Below, in pieces: positions 25,368-37,601 of a stretch of 64,000 nucleotides of DNA (positions are counted from its first letter, which is position 1; each line of letters opens with the position of its first letter). The translations under genes and the position numbers were made by a program. The stretch is from positions 62,001 to 126,000 of the forward strand of contig NIVC01001106.1 in NCBI GenBank assembly GCA_002269645.1, written 5' to 3'. The notes beneath the pieces were generated by a model. That model did no database searches. It saw only the letters and a program-made list of their open reading frames with translations, and was not told where the DNA came from. Source of the DNA: Macrostomum lignano (taxonomy: Eukaryota).

Positions 25368-26028
25368 GGGATAGCGACGTTTGCCTGCGGGACGCTTGCC
25401 AGCCGACGTTTGCCTGCGGGACGTTTGCCAGCCGACGTTTGCCTGCGGGACGTTTGCCAGCCGACGTTTGCCTGCGGGACGTTTGCCAGCCGACGTTTGC
25501 CTGCGGGACGTTTGCCAGCCGACGTTTGCCTGCCGGAAGTTTGCCAGCCAAAATTTGCTAGCCAATATAAAGCCAGTCAGTGAAAAATTTGATACTGAAA
25601 TATTCGCAGTTTAGCGGTTTGACAAAAACCGTTTTTACTCCAACTTTTTGACGGTTATTCGCATATATACAAGTTTGAAAGCAAAATATATAAATTATGC
25701 AGTTCATCAGTCTAACGTCTAATATCTAGTTTACCAACGATTTTGGCTCAACATATCAAAAGATGAACATTGGGTTTATATATTTTGCTTTCAAACTTGT
25801 ATATATGCGAATAACTGTCAAAAAGTTGGAGTAAAAATGGTTTTTGTCAAACCGCTAAACTGCGAATATTTCAGTATCAAATTTTTCACTGACTGGCTTT
25901 ATATTGGCTAGCAAATTTTGGCTGGCAAACTTCCGGCAGGCAAATGTCGGCTGGCAAACGTCGGCTGGCAAATGTCGGCTGGCAAACGTCCCGCAGGCAA
26001 ACGTCCCGCAGGCAAACGTCGTAGACCC
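25368..26028. mobile_element. 661-bp Mutator-type foldback MITE with 17-bp subterminal repeats (ggcaaacgtcccgca)
   Basis: Ends GGGATAGCGACG..CGTCGTAGACCC; TSD aaattttc at 25360-25367 and 26029-26036; long inverted arms (25368-~25700 versus ~25774-26028). Confidence 0.88.
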
Positions 26029-26182
26029 AAATTTTCATATAATATTTTCTTGCCATTTCATAATCTCCTGCTATACTACGAGTGCAGTGGTCCTTGGCAA
26101 TTTTTTTAAAAGCTAGTTTTTCAAAATTCTTCTAAAAAAAGATTTTTTTCATCTTGTTAAACTGCAATAAATTTTCAAACAG

Positions 26183-26431
26183 TGGAAGACGAGTCGGACG
26201 AGGACGAGGAGGCGTCTGCAGCAGCCGTCGGGCAGGCGGCTCCGGCCGCCAGCCTGGCCGAGTGCGTGGCCCACTTCGAAGCGGCAGGAATTCTCGGACA
26301 GTACAGGGCCGGCATTCAAACCCGGGTGGAGCAGAGGGGCCTGGCCGCGCTGCGCAACTTTCTGTGCGGGCCGCCCCGCCTGAGGGGGGCGTTGAGAGAC
26401 CGGAGAGACTTCGTGTTCTGCCTGGCCTGCT
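26183..26431 (+). CDS. ELMOD3: ELMOD3-like, exon 2
   Basis: acAG at 26181-26182; SLAECVAHFE..IQTRVEQRGLAALRNFLCGPPRL..RDFVFCLA, compare GLAALRHYLFGPPKL in ELMOD3; donor GTGAGC at 26432. Confidence 0.88.
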
Positions 26432-26456
26432 GTGAGCGTGGCAAAGGCGATTTTCG

Positions 26457-26927
26457 ACAGATACCCAATGAGGCACCCACAGATACCCAATGAGGCACCC
26501 ACAGATACCCAATGAGGCACTCCACAGATACCCCATGAGGCACCCCACAGATACCCAATGAGGCACCCCACAGATACCCAATGAGGCACCCCACAGATAC
26601 CCAATGAGGCACCCCACAGATACCCAATGAGGCGTCTCACAGATACCCAATGAGGCATCTCACAGATACCCAATGAGGCATCTCACAGATACCCAATGAG
26701 TCATCTCACAGATACCCAATGAGGCACCCCACAGATACCCAATGACCCAATGAGGCACCCACAGATACCCAATGAGGCACCCACAGATACCCAATGAGGC
26801 ACCCACAGATACCCAATGAGGCACCCACAGATACCCAATGAGGCACCCACAGATACCCAATGAGGCGTCTCACAGATACCCAATGAGGCACCCCACAAAT
26901 ACCCAATGAGGCACCCCACAGATACCC
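26457..26927 (+). repeat. 21-22 bp minisatellite (cagatacccaatgaggcaccc) in ELMOD3 intron 2
   Basis: Read directly. Confidence 0.96.
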
Positions 26928-27019
26928 TGTAGGTTGCAACAGATAGCTAAAAAAGAGTTTGCCACCCCCTGACACTCAGCTTAACACCCCTGAAACAACA
27001 ACTTGACACCGCATTTCAG

Positions 27020-27144
27020 GTCCGTTCGACGAGCGAGACGAAGTTCACCAGCGGATGCTTGCCACGGTGTACCGCGGCCTCCTGCAAGACCCTCGCCGGC
27101 CGTGTCCCAGATTCGGTGCCCACTGGGAGGCTGTCGGCTTTCAA
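27020..27144 (+). CDS. ELMOD3: ELMOD3-like, exon 3
   Basis: tttcAG at 27018-27019; PFDERDEVHQRMLATVYRGL..FGAHWEAVGFQ; donor GTGAGC at 27145. Confidence 0.9.
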
Positions 27145-27318
27145 GTGAGCCTTTTTGATTCCATTTTTACTTATTTTCTACGTGTTGCTAGTGAAGTCTA
27201 GTTATGCTACTGAGTGTATTCAGTTAGTAGGCGATTTTGCAAACGGCCGCTATTTCTTGAAAACAGACGCACTTTCCGGATAGTTGTAATTTGGAATACC
27301 ATAATTTAGCCATTGAAA

Positions 27319-27772
27319 GAGGATGGGGAATCGAGGATGGGGAATCGAGGATGGGGAATCGAGGATGGGGAATCGAGGATGGGGAATCGAGGATGGGGAA
27401 TCGAGGATGGGGAATCGAGGATGGGGAATCGAGGATGGGGAATCGAGGATGGGGAATCGAGGATGGGGAATCGAGGATGGGGAATCGAGGATGGGGAATC
27501 GAGGATGGGGAATCGAGGATGGGGAATCGAGGATGGGGAATCGAGGATGGGGAATCGAGGATGGGGAATCGAGGATGGGGAATCGAGGATGGGGAATCGA
27601 GGATGGGGAATCGAGGATGGGGAATCGAGGATGGGGAATCGAGGATGGGGAATCGAGGATGGGGAATCGAGGATGGGGAATCGAGGATGGGGAATCGAGG
27701 ATGGGGAATCGAGGATGGGGAATCGAGGATGGGGAATCGAGGATGGGGAATCGAGGATGGGGAATCGAGGAA
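27319..27772 (+). repeat. 14-bp G-rich minisatellite (gaggatggggaatc), ~32 copies, in intron 3
   Basis: Perfect tandem array read directly. Confidence 0.98.
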
Positions 27773-27802
27773 TCCACCGCATCATTTCGCCAACCGCCGC
27801 AG

Positions 27803-28139
27803 GGCAGCGACCCCAGCACTGACCTTCGCGGCTGCGGCATGCTGGGCCCGCTCTGCCTGCTGCACCTGGTGACGTCACCGCGCCTCGCCAGCCTCCGCGC
27901 CGACGCTTTCCGCCTATCGCTAGACGCCGAGCAGAATTATCCATTCTGCGTGATGAGCATCAACCTGACCAGAGCTGTGCTCATCGCCCTGCGGCACCAG
28001 AGTCTGAATCGCCTCATCAACTCCAGCGGAGACCCTTTGGCAACGTTTTTGGACGTCTACGCCGCGTTGCTGCAGCGCCTGCACACCGTCTGGCGGTCGG
28101 GCGGCAAGACCATCATGGACTCCGGCTTTGTTGTGCGCG
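27803..28139 (+). CDS. ELMOD3: ELMOD3-like, exon 4 (GAP motif)
   Basis: cgcAG at 27801-27802; GSDPSTDLRGCGMLG completes the ELMOD WxxxGFQxxxPxTDLRG motif with the catalytic Arg; also YPFCVMSINLT and WRSGGKTIMDSGFV; donor GTGAGC at 28140. Confidence 0.92.
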
Positions 28140-28145
28140 GTGAGC

Positions 28146-28610
28146 CCGCTCCGCCCCCATTCAGCTCCGCTCCGCCCCCATTCAGCTCCGCTCCGCCCCC
28201 ATTCCGCTCCGCTCCGCCCCCATTCAGCTCCGCTCCGCCCCCATTCAGCTCCGCTCCGCCCCCATTCAGCTCCGCTCCGCCCCCATTCCGCTCCGCTCCG
28301 CCCCCATTCAGCTCCGCTCCGCCCCCATTCCGCTCCGCTCCGCCCCCATTCAGCTCCGCTCCGCCCCCATTCAGCTCCGCTCCGCCCCCATTCAGCTCCG
28401 CTCCGCCCCCATTCAGCTCCGCTCCGCCCCCATTCAGCTCCGCTCCGCCCCCATTCCGCTCCGCTCCGCCCCCATTCAGCTCCGCTCCGCCCCCATTCAG
28501 CTCCGCTCCGCCCCCATTCAGCTCCGCTCCGCCCCCATTCAGCTCCGCTCCGCCCCCATTCCGTTCCGCTCCGCCTCCATTTAGCTCCGCCCCTATTCCG
28601 CTCCCATTCC
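28146..28610 (+). repeat. 21-bp C-rich minisatellite (ccgctccgcccccattcagct), ~22 copies, in intron 4
   Basis: Read directly; starts a few bases after the donor. Confidence 0.97.
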
Positions 28611-29146
28611 GCTCTCATCCTATCGCTAACTAATTTCCTTACTCAATATCCAAGAGGGGGTAAAGAACCGCGTAGAGATTCAAATTGCCTTGAGAATCCA
28701 TGTTGATAAAGCTCACACTCAGTCTTGCATTAGACTAGAACTCAAGTAGATCATCAGAGGCGCTGTACTTTAAGAGATCAGACCTCACCAGAATTCGACA
28801 CAAAATTTATATGCAACGTGCAAAGAAAGAAAAATCGAAGGGCTTATTATAAGCTACTCTCAATAGGCAAGGCGAAGTAGGCGTTGCATTGGCTAGAAAA
28901 AACTTATCATTGTTTTACGCAGGTGAGGCGGAGACAGACAGACAGGCAGGTACAGAGACGGTAAGATGGCCAGTGGGGATTAGGTTGACATCTTACAAAG
29001 TCAGCTGTTGCCCATAATAATTAGAGGAAAAGCAGCGCGCTCGCACAGCAGGGGAGGCAGAAATGTTGAGCTCAACAATAGTTACGCCAAAACTAATGAT
29101 TTATTTTTGAATTGTGAAGCTGACTGAAGCAATGCTTTATTAACAG

Positions 29147-29298
29147 ACCTGGAGACCGCCTGCATCAGGAACCCGGAGGCGCTTCTCAGAGAACTGCAGC
29201 AGCCGACAGCAGAGGGCGACGTGAACGGCGGTTTCACCGGCCAGGGCGGCGCTGCGAAAGTGAACTCGGACAATTTCGTGGATCTCTGCAGCGACTGA
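29147..29298 (+). CDS. ELMOD3: ELMOD3-like, exon 5 (spliced product ~688 aa)
   Basis: aacAG at 29145-29146; phase 1 consistent; DLETACIRNPEALLREL (compare ELEVLAKKSPRRLL); TGA ends at 29298. Confidence 0.8.
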
Positions 29299-29967
29299 TT
29301 AAAGAAGAAACATTAAATAGCTTAATATTCTGCATTTCCTGCCTGCATGACGTTTTGTGGTATCCCAATGACCGGTCGTTCGGGATTCAATTGCTGCTTG
29401 GTCATCGCTGCGTGACGGGAGATCGGAGGTGCATTTCTTATTTTCTTTGCGTTATTGATTGTTGCGATTCGACGGGCCTAGGCAGGGATCTGGGAATCAC
29501 GTATTCCCATCAAGATATCAGGATGCATAGCGAGCGGCAGTTCCAGGCCCAGTACCCTTCACATCATCCCTTTTCTAAGAAATTGTGTATCGGATACATC
29601 CTTGAGAGTGTTTCTCTTTGACTGAGCAAGATTTCATGTTGCTTTCTTCCCGCAGGCAGGACTAAAATTTTCCTCTTTGAAATATTTTGCCCCGAGGAAA
29701 ATCTCATGACCGGATGAGAAATGCTGGTAAAAAAATTTTTATTTAGAAGACGTTTTATATGATTCAATGCCGTCCGTTTTATTGATTGATCGCTTCAAAT
29801 CATTTATAGCCTCGAGCGAAGGCCCAATGCCCTATGCTTGTGCTAATGTATAATATACCATGCTCAGCTTCTGTGTTGCGCTCTGGTGCCGTCCGGTGTT
29901 CGTGCCGACACACAAAATAGTACTGATTGATTTTTTGGGTTTTTCTATTATTATCCTATCTATTTTC

Positions 29968-30420
<453 letters not shown>

Positions 30421-30844
30421 AAATAGAAACTTTCTCACTGCTCATTCAACACACGCGATCCTGTTTTCTGAGGCGCACATCGCTTCCCTTCCCTCTGCCT
30501 ATTCCTTATGAACAGATGGGACAGAGGCTTTAAAGGCGAAGAACAATAGGCAATTGCAAAAAAATGCTTGCTGCAAAAAATGCCAAACTAGCTCAGTTGT
30601 GCAGAAATGCAGAAATACTGAAACCGGGGCAGAAAATGCAATTTGATTGATGACAGGCTGACAAGGTGAGAGGGGGCGACTTCAACCTCACAGCTCTTGT
30701 CAACTGTTAGCTTGCAAGCCTGCACTAAAGTTAGTACAATACATGTAAATTTAGTGGAGAACTGCATTCTGCTTTAAACTCAACATTTTACCGAAAGCTA
30801 CTTGAAATATGATGCATGGCAGTTTGATTTTTTATCAACATCTG

Positions 30845-31690
30845 CGCATTGGCGGGTACAGACAGGCTCGCGGCGCCTGCTTGATGTGCTGCGGAGGTTG
30901 AAGTGGGTACAGGTACAGACGAATGGCATCGACAGTACAGTACAGACAGTAGAGTACAGACAGATGGGAACAGGCAGGAGAGAACATACAGGAGGGTACA
31001 GGCAGGTGGGTACAGACAGTACAGTACAGAGAGGCCGGAGGGTACTGACAGTTGGGTACAGACAGGAGGGTACAGACAAGAGGGTACATACAAGAGGGTA
31101 CAGGCAGGTGGGTACAAGCAGGTGGATACAGACAGTACAGTACAGACAGGAGGGCACCGGCAGGAGGGCACAGCAAGCAGGAGGGCCCAGACAGGAAGGC
31201 ACCGGCAGGAGGGCACAGACAGGAAGGCACCGGCAGGAGGGCACAGACAGGAGGGCCCAGACAGGAAGGCACTGGCAGGAGGGCACAGACAGGAGGGCAC
31301 AGACAGGAGGGCACAGACAGGAGGGTACAGACAGTAGGGCACAGACAGGAGGGCACAGACAGGAGGGCTCAGCAGGAGGGCACAGACAGGAGTGCACCGG
31401 CAGGAGGGCACAGACAGGAGGGCACAGACAGGAGGGCACAGACAGGAGTGCACCGGCAGGAGGGCACAGACAGGAGGGCTCAGCAGGAGGGCACAGACAG
31501 GAGGGCACCGGCAGGAGGGCACAGACAGGAGGGCACAGACAGGAGTGCACCGGCAGGAGGTTACAGACAGGAGGGCACAGACAGGAGGGCACAGACAGGA
31601 GTGCACCGGCAGGAGGTTACAGACAGGAGGGCACAGACAGGAGGGCACAGACAGGAGGGCACAGACAGGAGGGCACAGCAGGAGGATAGA
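30845..31690 (+). repeat. 14-bp-based minisatellite (aggagggcacagac), diverged at the 5' end and homogeneous at the 3' end
   Basis: Read directly. Confidence 0.93.
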
Positions 31691-32204
31691 GACACGGCAC
31701 AGAATCGAACCAGTGGCTTGTGGTGCGAGATTCAGTGCGAAAGCCGGGCAGGGAGTTTAAAAAATCATTTTTAAAAAATGGATAAGACTTTTGGCAAGGC
31801 AGTCCAGTGTCCCTCCATGGGGCGGTGAATCCACTAGGAATCCATGTAGAGGACTCTCTGGAGCAATAATTAATGCCAAAAAATAAATAATTCCTGTTTT
31901 GCTAATGCATTTTCGAGCAACATTCCGGGTACAACCAAAACTCTGTGCTCAGCCAATGACTGCCGATGTCCACTACTGAGGAAGGGCATTGGTTAGCAGC
32001 TGATGTACAGGCGCCGGTGTTTCAAGGATACTAAAAAGCAACAAACTAAGGACTGCCTGCTGCGCTGTCTAACAGAGTAATTTATTGAAATATCGACGTA
32101 AAATCCTTCCTTTCAAACCTTGACTTCGCCGAGGCGCAGGTTGTTGTCTAATTTTTAACTGCTGCTTGAGCAGATTGATCTACAGTAAGTTTTGTATTCT
32201 ATTG

Positions 32205-32515
<311 letters not shown>

Positions 32516-32519
32516 AGCA

Positions 32520-32768
32520 CACTTTCACAAATTATAGTTACCGCACCCGCTCTCTGTGAATTAATGTCTTTACTCTCATTAATCGAAGGATGCTAAATCA
32601 GCCAACAGAACACTGATCCCACCTGTTCGCACCTGTCTCCTTCATTTGCAAAACGGATCTCAGGTGACGACAGAATTTCGTCGATCTCAGCCTCTCTCCC
32701 CGAAAACACAAGATCTCAATCCTAGTCAGGGATTAATGAAGTTTGCTGAGCGCTTGCTGAAGTTTGCG

Positions 32769-32843
<75 letters not shown>

Positions 32844-32850
32844 CAGAGAA
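32520..32850 (-). repeat. Dispersed repeat bounded by (GACA)n and (GA)n; paralog at 9649-9800
   Basis: The reverse complement of 32655-32738 matches 9649-9730 (ttaatccctg.ctaggatt.agatcttg..ttttc..gctgagat..gcgaaattctgtcgtcacctg); gagcg.gtgcggtaac.ataat is also shared. Confidence 0.7.
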
Positions 32851-33364
32851 ACTTGAGTCTATGTATACTAGTTCAATATTATCGTCTAGCGAGTATGATT
32901 AGTTTTGTATAGAAGCGTGCTTTATCGCAACAGATCCGTCAATCAATAAACCTGTCATCATGCATTACTGACTATCAATAATTTATGCAACGCGGAAGAG
33001 ATAATAGCCTACCTGCTTGCAATTAAGTGACAATCCTTTCGTAGCACCTGGGACCTTTTTGGCTTCATTTCGCCATTCGTTTTTTTGCTAATAGAACTAG
33101 AATATACTCTCGACCCGTGTCCAAAAAGTCAATAAAAAAAAAATCAATCAAGTGAGCAAAAATCAGAACCGTGTGCTAGAAATCCTGTTCTGCAATCACA
33201 ATAGTTGCTTTGAACTTATCTAATAAACTGTCTTTTAACCAGAGATTTTTACTTAAGAGAGCCTTACTTAAATTGCTGGCTTGGCTTGCAGTCTGTGGGA
33301 AAGTGCAGTGGCTTAACCATTAGACATAATTGTCTGTCTATCAGTCTGTCTGTCAGTCTGTCGG

Positions 33365-33662
33365 TCATAGACAAGCTGGATAGGCTGTGCCATCATAGGT
33401 TGGATAGGTTGGGCCATAGACATAGGTTGGATAGGCTGTGCCATAGACAGACTGGATAAGACTGAGCCATAGACATAGGTTGGATAGGCTGTGCCATAGA
33501 CAGGCTGGATATGCTGAGCGATAGACATAGGTTGGATAGGTTGGGCCATAGACATAGGTTGGATAGGTTGGGCCATAGATATAAGTTGGATAGGTTGGGC
33601 CATAGACGTAGGTTGGATAGGCTGGGCCATAGACGTAGGTTGGATAGGCTGTGCCATAGACG
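33365..33662 (+). repeat. 27-bp minisatellite built from three ATAG-containing 9-mers
   Basis: Unit gccatagac-ataggttgg-ataggctgt, ~11 copies. Confidence 0.9.
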
Positions 33663-34267
33663 CAGAATGTCTGACTGAGAAACTGGACTGAGTGGCAAGC
33701 AAGCCTTGGAACACGGACTGCTGAAGTAGAAGGACGCTATTATTGTTTGCTCCTGGGAAAATATTATATCGTTCAAAGTTTTAATTATAAATATACACTG
33801 GCCTAATGGCTATGATCATTCGAGGGTTTCTTTTGAAAGAGATTACAGCAAGGCAGAGGCGAACACACAAAGGTCCAGTTTGAAAGGGTTTAACTCAAGA
33901 GCTGAGTTCCCTAAGTAGCAAAGCTGCTGCTTGAGGTTAGCCAATTGATCGGCAGCTTACCGAACCAAGGAGGGATTTTCTTACCCCCTCCCCTGAAGAG
34001 AGAGCTCAATGTTCGGAGCAGAGTCTTCGCAAGAAATGGGTAAGATTTCACCGATTAGCTGCTACTTGAGCCTCGAAAGCAGGGTATGTTTTTTGTTAAT
34101 AGTGAGACTGCTGTGCTTCATAGGGCATATAAAGCTTTATAGAGACTGAATTCAAAGCAAGTGAAGCAGTGAGCTGAGAGCACTTTTGCATTTATACTTG
34201 CGTTTGCAACTATTTTGTAGCGCAATCCATCTTCAAGTAGCTGATTTTGAAAATTCACGACTTTTCC

Positions 34268-34825
34268 GTCCGTGACTAGCATGACTCATCAGTTCGTGAC
34301 TAGCATGACTGATCAGTTCGTGACTAGCATGACTGATCAGTTCGTGACTAGCATGACTCATCAGTTCGTGACTAGCATGACTCATCAGTTCGTGACTAGC
34401 ATGACTCATCAGTTCGTGACTAGCATGACTCATCAGTTCGTGACTAGCATGACTCATCAGTTCGTGACTAGCATGACTCATCAGTCGGTGGCTAGCATGA
34501 CTCATCAGTCTGTGACTAGCATGACTCATCAGTCCGTGACTAGCATGACTCATCAGTCCGTGACTAGAATGACTCATCAGTTCATGACTAGAATGACTCA
34601 TCAGTTCGTGACTAGCATGACTCATCAGTTCGTGACTAGCATGACTCATCAGTTCATGACTAGAATGACTCATCAGTTCATGACTAGAATGACTCATCAG
34701 TTCGTGACTAGCATGACTCATCAGTTCGTGACTAGCATGACTCATCAGTTCATGACTAGAATGACTCATCAGTTCGTGACTAGCATGACTCATCAGTCTG
34801 TGACTAGCAGGACTCATGACCCCAT
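34268..34825 (+). repeat. 24-bp minisatellite (gtgactagcatgactcatcagttc), ~23 copies
   Basis: Read directly. Confidence 0.97.
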
Positions 34826-35507
34826 GTCTCATGAATTTAATGAAAAATTGGTCACAAGACTAAAAAGATTACCCAGTCAAATTGCTGTCGTTTAAGAATC
34901 CCCCCCCCTCGAAGCGAAATTCCGGTCCGCTGCTAGCAGGCAGCGTTGATGAAAAAGGTCCTCTACTTTTACTTCGCCTGTGTGTGCAGTTTTGCAGCTG
35001 CTTGCTTGGGGGAAAGAAGATTGCTTACCAGACGGCGCGGCATCCATTAAGTTGCCAGGCTCCAGCCGCTCTCTGAGAGCTCTCGCTCTCTGCCTGCTTC
35101 CCCAACACTTTCGCACTTGTCGCTAGTGGTGAGGGAGGGACGGTGGACAGGGGGGGGGGCAGGAGAGCCGCACTCCGACTGCATCCTGGGAATTCTTTGC
35201 AGCAAAAAAGGAGGCGGTCAAGCAGCCGTTTCTGCTGCGGCAGCCAAGCAAAAAAACTGGCCCGGGTGAGCTGCGGCCGGCCTGAGATAATGGAGTTCAC
35301 AGCCGGTGGGGGAGAGCGCATAAACAGCTGAGCACGCGGCCATTACTGCAAAGCTGCTCCAATGCTAGCCTTCAGAGAAGGAGAAAGAGGTGACAGCGTG
35401 ATAAATAGGACATGGAAAGAGATTTACGAGGGCATCAATACCGACGATGTGCTGACAGTGAGGTATACAAAAAATATGCGAAAAACCTGACAGACAGACA
35501 GTCAGTC

Positions 35508-35539
<32 letters not shown>

Positions 35540-36355
35540 TGTCACGTTATTGGCGTAGCGGCTAACTATGGCTATGACCCTTAAAAGGGCCGTTTTGACG
35601 AGAGTTGTAGTGAGTCGTAGTCTCAAAATAAGTTGAAGTCAACTCTTGTAAAGCGGATTTTGTAGCGGAGCACTTGGCGATAAAGGCAGGAACTGCCGTA
35701 GTTGCTTTTATTGGTAGTATCAATATTAGGCTTGGTTATTACTGTCAATACACAAACTATAGCTTTCTGGGCACTGGCGGCTGCAACAATGGTTTTTGAA
35801 GATGAATTGAATGTGAAGTCAAGTGGCAGACGAATGATGCAATGGCGACGTAACGTGAGGAGCAATGGCAATGAGCACAGTGAAGGCAGTGAGGCGCAGT
35901 AGGCAGGCAGATGAGCAGTGGCGAGGTTGGCGTCAGCCGTGGCGTGAGATAAGGAGGCTCGAGGCAGCCAGACAGAGAGAAGGAAAACAAGGCTAGACAA
36001 GGCTAGGCAAGCCAGACGGGACGGAGGACAAGCCTAAGGAGAGAGAACACCGAACACAAGTGAAGCCCCCAGCCCGCCAGGCGAGGGTTAATAAAGAGCG
36101 CAAAAGGGGGTAGCGTAAAACATGGAGAGTTTTCATTGGCTGGCGAGAGAAATTGAAATTATCGATCGTGCCAAAATTCACAGACGAGCGCAAGGCCTAC
36201 CAAATACACAGTAAATTAGCAGTTGATACAGATTATTTGCACGCTACTATAAGTAAACGTTAAAATAAACTATTGGAGAAATTAAAATGAGAAATTGTAA
36301 GGGAAACTATAGTCCAACGGCCCTTTTGCGGGACCACTTAAACTAGCAACGTCAC

Positions 36356-36356
<1 letters not shown>
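35540..36356 (+). mobile_element. 817-bp solo LTR (Ty3/gypsy-like) inserted in (GACA)n
   Basis: Termini TGTCACGTT..AACGTCACA (TG..CA, 8/9 inverted match); cagac flanks both sides; subterminal inverted 12-mer AAAAGGGCCGTT (35583-35594 / 36316-36327); AATAAA near 36089. Confidence 0.62.
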
Positions 36357-36449
<93 letters not shown>

Positions 36450-36452
36450 CGA
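36357..36452 (+). repeat. (GACA)n microsatellite (other half at 35489-35539)
   Basis: Read directly. Confidence 0.97.
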
Positions 36453-37454
36453 CAGATATTCACTGATATCGAAAAGAAGGGAGAGAAAGGAACATATACT
36501 GTAATGGCGATGTCGTAGGTTATTAGATAATTTCAAAGTCCCAAGAGACACCAAGTTCAGTGCGACCGGGGCCAATGAAGCCCATTTGGCTCGTATAACG
36601 AGGACTGAGAGCCTTGGGCTATTTTATTGATCTCAGAATCAGTCATCGGAGAAAATGAAGGACAGAGTCACTACAGCTACTCGTGCGAGCTGATGGCAAT
36701 GATTTTAATTCGAGTATGTGACTTTCGGATCGTGACTTGCCCGTCCCCAGATGACTTTCTGTCTGCGGCCTCTGCATATTCAGTCGAATGCTTTTTGATC
36801 AAAATTCTTTTGTCGAACTCGCCTTAGCGCATCCTGCTTACGTTCTGCTCTTGGTTTTAATCCGGTCATATTTCAGAAATTTCTATCCTAAATTTTAATA
36901 AAAAAAACCTATCTTTGGGACCAAAGGGGCGCCGCTGTGCGCCCGCAGCCCTACGCAAACGAACGCCAGCCACTGAGAACAGCTTAGAAAAAATTAAAAA
37001 AATAAAGAAACTTTCTATTACTTCTACTCAAAAATCTGCTGGTAAGTAGCAACTGTCGCAGATGGTAAAATAAATGGGTTTCTGTCTTACTCGGCATTGA
37101 GTAATAATCATTTTAGAAAATGAATCTCTCGAATCGAATATTTCAATGTCAATCAGATTTTCAGTCTTTGGGAGCCATGCCCAATCTGGTTTTTAGGAAG
37201 GCTAAAATAATAATAATTTAAGCCGGCCGAAACTGAGCAAATGATGAAAGTTCGAACGAAGCCTAATGGATTGAAATCTGATTGAAAATTCAACAAGCCA
37301 ACAGCCAGAGAGAGAGAGAGAGAGAGAGGGAGTGAGAGAGAGAAAGAGAGAGAGAGAGAGCTTCCAAAGGCTTCCTGATCAGTAGGGAGCAGCCGATATT
37401 TGTCAGCGATTGGGTGGCCCATCGACACTCGCAGACAGGAGGAGGAGGGTGTGA

Positions 37455-37512
37455 GAGCCGAGCCAATCCTCAGCCAATGACAGCTGCGCCCTATACCCTA
37501 TCTATAATTCAT
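37455..37512 (+). promoter_or_regulatory. Putative promoter elements upstream of the GPCR: two CCAAT boxes and a TATA-like site
   Basis: agccaatc (37461) and agccaatg (37472), then ctataatt (~37502), 100-140 bp upstream of ATG 37602. Function is inferred. Confidence 0.35.
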
Positions 37513-37601
37513 TAATAGTTTGGGGACAGCGTTGGCCTACGCAAGGCCACACTGAACCCTCTCTGTAGCCCGTAGTCTCAGGACTCTGTAAGCCACACAG
37601 C

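Noticed and set aside
27323-28633. 436-aa ORF as a single protein
   Set aside because: It is intron-3 array + ELMOD3 exon 4 + intron-4 array read through; canonical splice sites bound the homologous part.
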